A stretch of DNA of 20,000 nt from IMG/VR virus record IMGVR_UViG_3300036790_000345; one strand, given 5' to 3'. The translations under genes and the position numbers were made by a program. The notes beneath the pieces were generated by a model. That model saw only the letters and a program-made list of their open reading frames with translations, was not told where the DNA came from and made no database searches. Shown in pieces: positions 16,301 to 20,000 of the stretch. Position 1 is the stretch's first letter. Every line of letters starts with the position of its first letter. Source of the DNA: an uncultured virus (IMG/VR IMGVR_UViG_3300036790_000345). Its lineage: Duplodnaviria > Heunggongvirae > Uroviricota > Caudoviricetes.

Positions 16301-16897
16301 GGGTCGCGTTGTGCGCTCCCGGCTGCCGCGTCGGTACCGCACTGATCCTCGGCGTGCTCTGCGACGGTGCCGGGAACGTGACCGACGTGCGGGAGAGCCC
16401 GCTCATCGAGGGCCGTGAGATCGTGCTGGTCAACACGGCTACGCTGGACTGGCTGGCCCGGCCCGTGCCCGTGACGTTCTCGGAGTCTGCTGCGCCGCCC
16501 TGGCGGTTCGACTACGCCGTTCGCCGACCGCGACCTCTGCTCTCGCTGCGGGAATGCCTTCCCTTCGGCGCAAGTCTGTGACCTGTGCGTCACCGATGCC
16601 GACAAGGTGCGCTCGGCCGCCGCCGTTCTCCGCGAGCGCATGGACCGCCGCGGCAGGCACCCGTTCTGGGGCCTGGTGATCGTTCACGTCCTGGAACGCT
16701 GGGCCGGCGATGAGGAGCGCCCGGTCAGGATCACCGGCCGCAAGGGCGGCAAGGCCGCAGCGACAAGACGCGCCGTCTACGAGGCCCGCGACCGCGGCGA
16801 GCACGTCCATGTCGCCAGTGGCAAGGGCAGCTTTTGTGCCGCGCGCGAGCAGCCGGAGGACTGCCATTCGCCGCGATGGGAAGGGCTGGCGCCGTGA
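13383..16897 (+). other. Continued run of small hypothetical phage genes (13383/13530-13724, 13721-13888, 13885-14373, 14373-14642, 14639-14881, 14878-15042 membrane peptide, 15039-15260, 15257-15565, 15610-15855, 15879-16178, 16168-16581, ~16607-16897)
   Basis: Head-to-tail + strand ORFs, mostly with 1- or 4-nt overlaps, typical of actinophage non-structural arms. Individual starts are uncertain. Confidence 0.6.
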
Positions 16898-17256
16898 ACG
16901 GCGCTGACTGGCCGAATACGAGGCCCTTCTAGAGAGCCTGCCTGGCTACCCGAGCCTCACCGAGCAGCCGCTGACCGGCTGCCTGGATCAGGGCGCGGCG
17001 GCTAATGCCGCGATCGCCGAAGGTTTCTGCCCGAAAGGCCACGGCCCTCTTGAGGCAATAGCGATGCACGGTGAGCGCTACGGTACCTGCACGAGTTGCC
17101 TCTGGTCGTGGCGCTATGACAGCAGCGGACGGCTCTGGAGCACTACGTGCAGACCCGGTGCTCACATCTGCCGCGAACGCCCTTAACGCGTCCTGCCTAG
17201 CGACGCGCAGCGCGCCTCACCACCTGCCCCCTCGCTGACGTTCTAACATCTGCCTC

Positions 17257-17849
17257 ATGCCACCCGCCACACCCCAGGACACTCCTGAGCGCGTGCTGCA
17301 GCTCGTCGCGAGCGGCGACATCACCCTGCCCGACCTCGAGGTCTGCTGGTGCTGCGCAGGCATCCTCGGCCGCGCTCAGCGCGCCGCGGTCTACTGGTGG
17401 CTGACCTGCCGCGGATTCTGGCTGGGGCTGTGCGTGAAGTGCTGCGCCATCTGGAGGATGGACGCGGGTTCGGACCCGTGGCTGCAGTCCGTGCGGGTTA
17501 CAGACCGGCGTCCGGACCGCAGCGAGGCGGCATGATCAGGCCCGGGTCAGCTGAACGGCTCCGGTGGGCACTGCGCCAGCACCGCCGCCCGCGGACACTG
17601 GCCGGCCTGGCGCGCCTCTGCTGGCACGACTTCGTCATCCACGTCCTCTTCGAGGGCGGCGAGCGCTGCCAGGACTGCGGCCGGTCATACGCGCCGTGGC
17701 TGGCGTCCGACAGCCTCTACCGCGAGGTGTACGGCTCGCTGCGAGGACTGCTCTGCCCGCTGTGCTTCAGCAGGCGCGCTGAGGCGAAGGGGCTGCCCGT
17801 CCGCTTCGAGGCGCGGGTGACAGACCAGCGGCCCGCGCAGGCAGCGTGA
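17257..17849 (+). other. Two small Cys-rich hypothetical genes (17257-17535, 17532-17849)
   Basis: ATGA overlap. Motifs CWCC...CVKC and CQDCG...W...LCPLCF. Confidence 0.6.
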
Positions 17850-17893
17850 GGCGTTTCGCTTGCCTGCAGCGACCACTACAGCGCGGGTGTAGT

Positions 17894-18121
17894 ATGGGCT
17901 ACATGAGTACGGGCGCGGGGCGGCAGTCGGCCGAGCGAGCGCTCACCCGCTGGGCCGCTCAGCGCCGCGAGGTCGACGAGACCCGCGACCAGCTCATCCT
18001 CGGCGCCGTCGGTGCCGGGATCTCCAAGCACCGGATCTATGTGCTGACCGGGATAGCCCGCAGCACGATCGACAGCGTTATTGCGAGAAAGGAAGCCTCC
18101 GGTGGCGCTCAGGATCAGTGA
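17894..18121 (+). CDS. Small HTH-like DNA-binding protein
   Basis: RDQLILGAVGAGISKHRIYVLTGIARSTIDSVI resembles actinophage HTH proteins. Preceded by inverted repeat ACTACA-N7-TGTAGT (17875-17893). Start is 17894 or 17903. Confidence 0.65.
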   Translation: MGYMSTGAGRQSAERALTRWAAQRREVDETRDQLILGAVGAGISKHRIYVLTGIARSTIDSVIARKEASGGAQDQ

Positions 18122-19005
18122 CTCAATCCGCATCGGCCCGTTCCGGCTGCGGGCCAGCGTGCCGCTCACCGGCCGCGGGCGAATGTGGCTGTCGGCCGGG
18201 ACCAGGATCGGTCGCCGCGGCTGGCTCGGCATGTCCGGGCCGGCTGGCGGACGGCGCAGGAGGACGCGGTGAGCATGCTGTTCTCCGCCGAGCTGAGCGG
18301 CCGGTCGTTCACCGCTGACGAGTTCGCGCAGCTTGAGTGGCCGCCGTGCCCGGTTTGCGGCGGGAAGCTCAGCGTTCAGCGCATCGACATCACCATGAAC
18401 GCCGACGACGAGGCGCGCAACGGCCGCAGCTACATCGCAGGGCTGTACGAATGCGAGCACCACTGCGACCTGCGCACCGGCCAGCGGGTGCACTACGGCC
18501 AGTCGTTCCGCAGCGGCGGACCGGACCTCGGCGACGGTATCGAGTGCACTTGCTCCTGCGGAGACGTGAGGATCCTCGCTCGCGGTGAGGTGCGAGCGTG
18601 GCAGGACGTGCACCAGGTGCCCGGCGAGAGAGGAACATCCCGATGACCACCCCGCCACCCGACGCCAGGATCACCGCAGACCAGTTCGCCGCGCTCTGCA
18701 ACCTGATGCACACGGTCATCTGCGAAAAGCAGGGCAACCTCGACCCGGCCGAGATCGGCGACATCCTCTACTACGGCGCTAACCGCACCGTCTGCGACGA
18801 GTCGCGCACTATGGCCCGCGCGATCCTGGCCTACCTCGGGCTGCGGTTCGCCGGGCAGCAGCCCGTGCACGAGCCGGGCAGCGGCTGCAGGTTCGCCGAC
18901 CCGGACGGCAACTGCGAGTTCCACGACGTCAGTGTCGCTAATGCGCTCGTGGACGAGATTGAGGCGCAGATGCGCGCTGGCGACGGCGCACTGTCGTACG
19001 GCTGA
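18102..19005 (+). other. Three hypothetical genes (18102-18272, 18269-18646, 18643-19005)
   Basis: RBSs (AAGGAAG, AGGAGG, GAGGAA) and GTGA/ATGA overlaps. The middle gene has CPVCG...CEHHC. Confidence 0.6.
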
Positions 19006-19040
19006 CCGGCTACCGGCCAGCGCCCCCGGCACCGTACGGT

Positions 19041-19379
19041 GTGATCGTGCCCTGGGCCCACGATAAGGAAAGCCGCAGCCGCTCCGACGCCACCTACCGC
19101 ACATCCGAGTACCGCCGCAACCGGCCGCTCGCCATGAAACGCGACCGCTGGCACTGCCAGATCCGCTACCCGGGCACCTGCATCGGCGCGGCCAGCGAAT
19201 GCGATCACATCATCCCGGTCACCCAGGGCGGCGGCAGCGGCCTGGACAACCTGCGCGCCGCGTGCTCGCCGTGCCACAAGCGCAAGACCGGCAGCGAAGG
19301 CGGCGGCTGGCGCCGCACCAGGGCACAGCGGGACGCCATCCCGGCCGACCCGGCACCACGCCCGGCCACGAACTGGTAG
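19041..19379 (+). CDS. HNH endonuclease (phage packaging-associated type)
   Basis: RDRWHCQIRYPGTCIGAASECDHIIPVTQGGGSGLDNLRAACSPCHKRKT. Confidence 0.92.
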   Translation: MIVPWAHDKESRSRSDATYRTSEYRRNRPLAMKRDRWHCQIRYPGTCIGAASECDHIIPVTQGGGSGLDNLRAACSPCHKRKTGSEGGGWRRTRAQRDAIPADPAPRPATNW

Positions 19380-19381
19380 CC

Positions 19382-19831
19382 ATGCTCACCGTCGTCACCG
19401 GGCCGCCCTGCAGCGGGAAATCAACCTGGGTGAAGCAGCACGCCCGCCCGGGGGACATCGTCATCGACTTCGACGTCATCGCCCAGGCCCTCGGCTCGCC
19501 TTCGGTCCACGGCCACTCCCCCGCGCTCACCCAGGTAGCCGCAGAGGCGAGGCACGCGGCGATCGCGGAGGCGATCACCCAGCACCACAAGGGAGCACGC
19601 GTTTTCGTCGTCGATACTCAGCCCGGCGAAAAACGCCGCTGGCAGTACGATCATGCTGGCGCGAAATGGGTGAACCTCACTGCCACGCCAGACGAGTTGC
19701 ACGCCAGGTGCAGCAGGGAACGGCCGGCCGCCTGGCATGCGAGGATAGACCAGTGGCTCGCGGCGGACGCGGCAGCGGCAGCCGGGAAGCGCATGCCGGA
19801 CCCGCCATCGAGACCGCTCACATCGTGGTAA
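19382..19831 (+). CDS. P-loop NTPase/kinase-like phage protein
   Basis: N-terminal Walker A VVTGPPCSGKSTWV followed by DIVIDFD. This type often sits next to an HNH gene upstream of phage terminase genes. Confidence 0.8.
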   Translation: MLTVVTGPPCSGKSTWVKQHARPGDIVIDFDVIAQALGSPSVHGHSPALTQVAAEARHAAIAEAITQHHKGARVFVVDTQPGEKRRWQYDHAGAKWVNLTATPDELHARCSRERPAAWHARIDQWLAADAAAAAGKRMPDPPSRPLTSW

Positions 19832-20000
19832 CGCAGAGTAAGGCACAGCCGGTGACCATTCGAACATGTTCGATATGCGGTGCTGACCTGCACGGATGCC
19901 TTGCGGACTGCCATCATCTAGCAGACCGGTGCAGTGTTCGAACCATGGCGCTGACCTGCAACGCAGTGTGACCCAAAGTCCAGGGGCGATCCCCCGTCAG

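Overview
High-GC window that reads as part of a temperate actinobacterial phage or prophage-like element. It has a long run of small, ATGA/GTGA-coupled genes on the + strand, a MazG-like gene, a large serine integrase beside a perfect 46-bp palindrome (likely attP), a Xer-like tyrosine recombinase with a dif-like site, an XRE regulator and, at the right end, an HNH plus P-loop pair. The main result is a compact CRISPR locus at 1134-4395 with three parts. The first is a Cas12m-like (type V-M, formerly V-U1) effector with Arg at the RuvC-I catalytic position and no C-terminal zinc finger or RuvC-III. The second is a translationally coupled 177-aa gene of unknown function. The third is an array of 13 repeats and 12 spacers. 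No cas1/cas2/cas4 is in the window. One spacer translates antisense to a tyrosine-integrase catalytic motif, suggesting RNA-guided silencing of competing mobile elements. A separate TnpB-only IS200/IS605 element with an intact catalytic triad lies at 9388-10709. All family assignments come from motif recognition by eye, not database searches.
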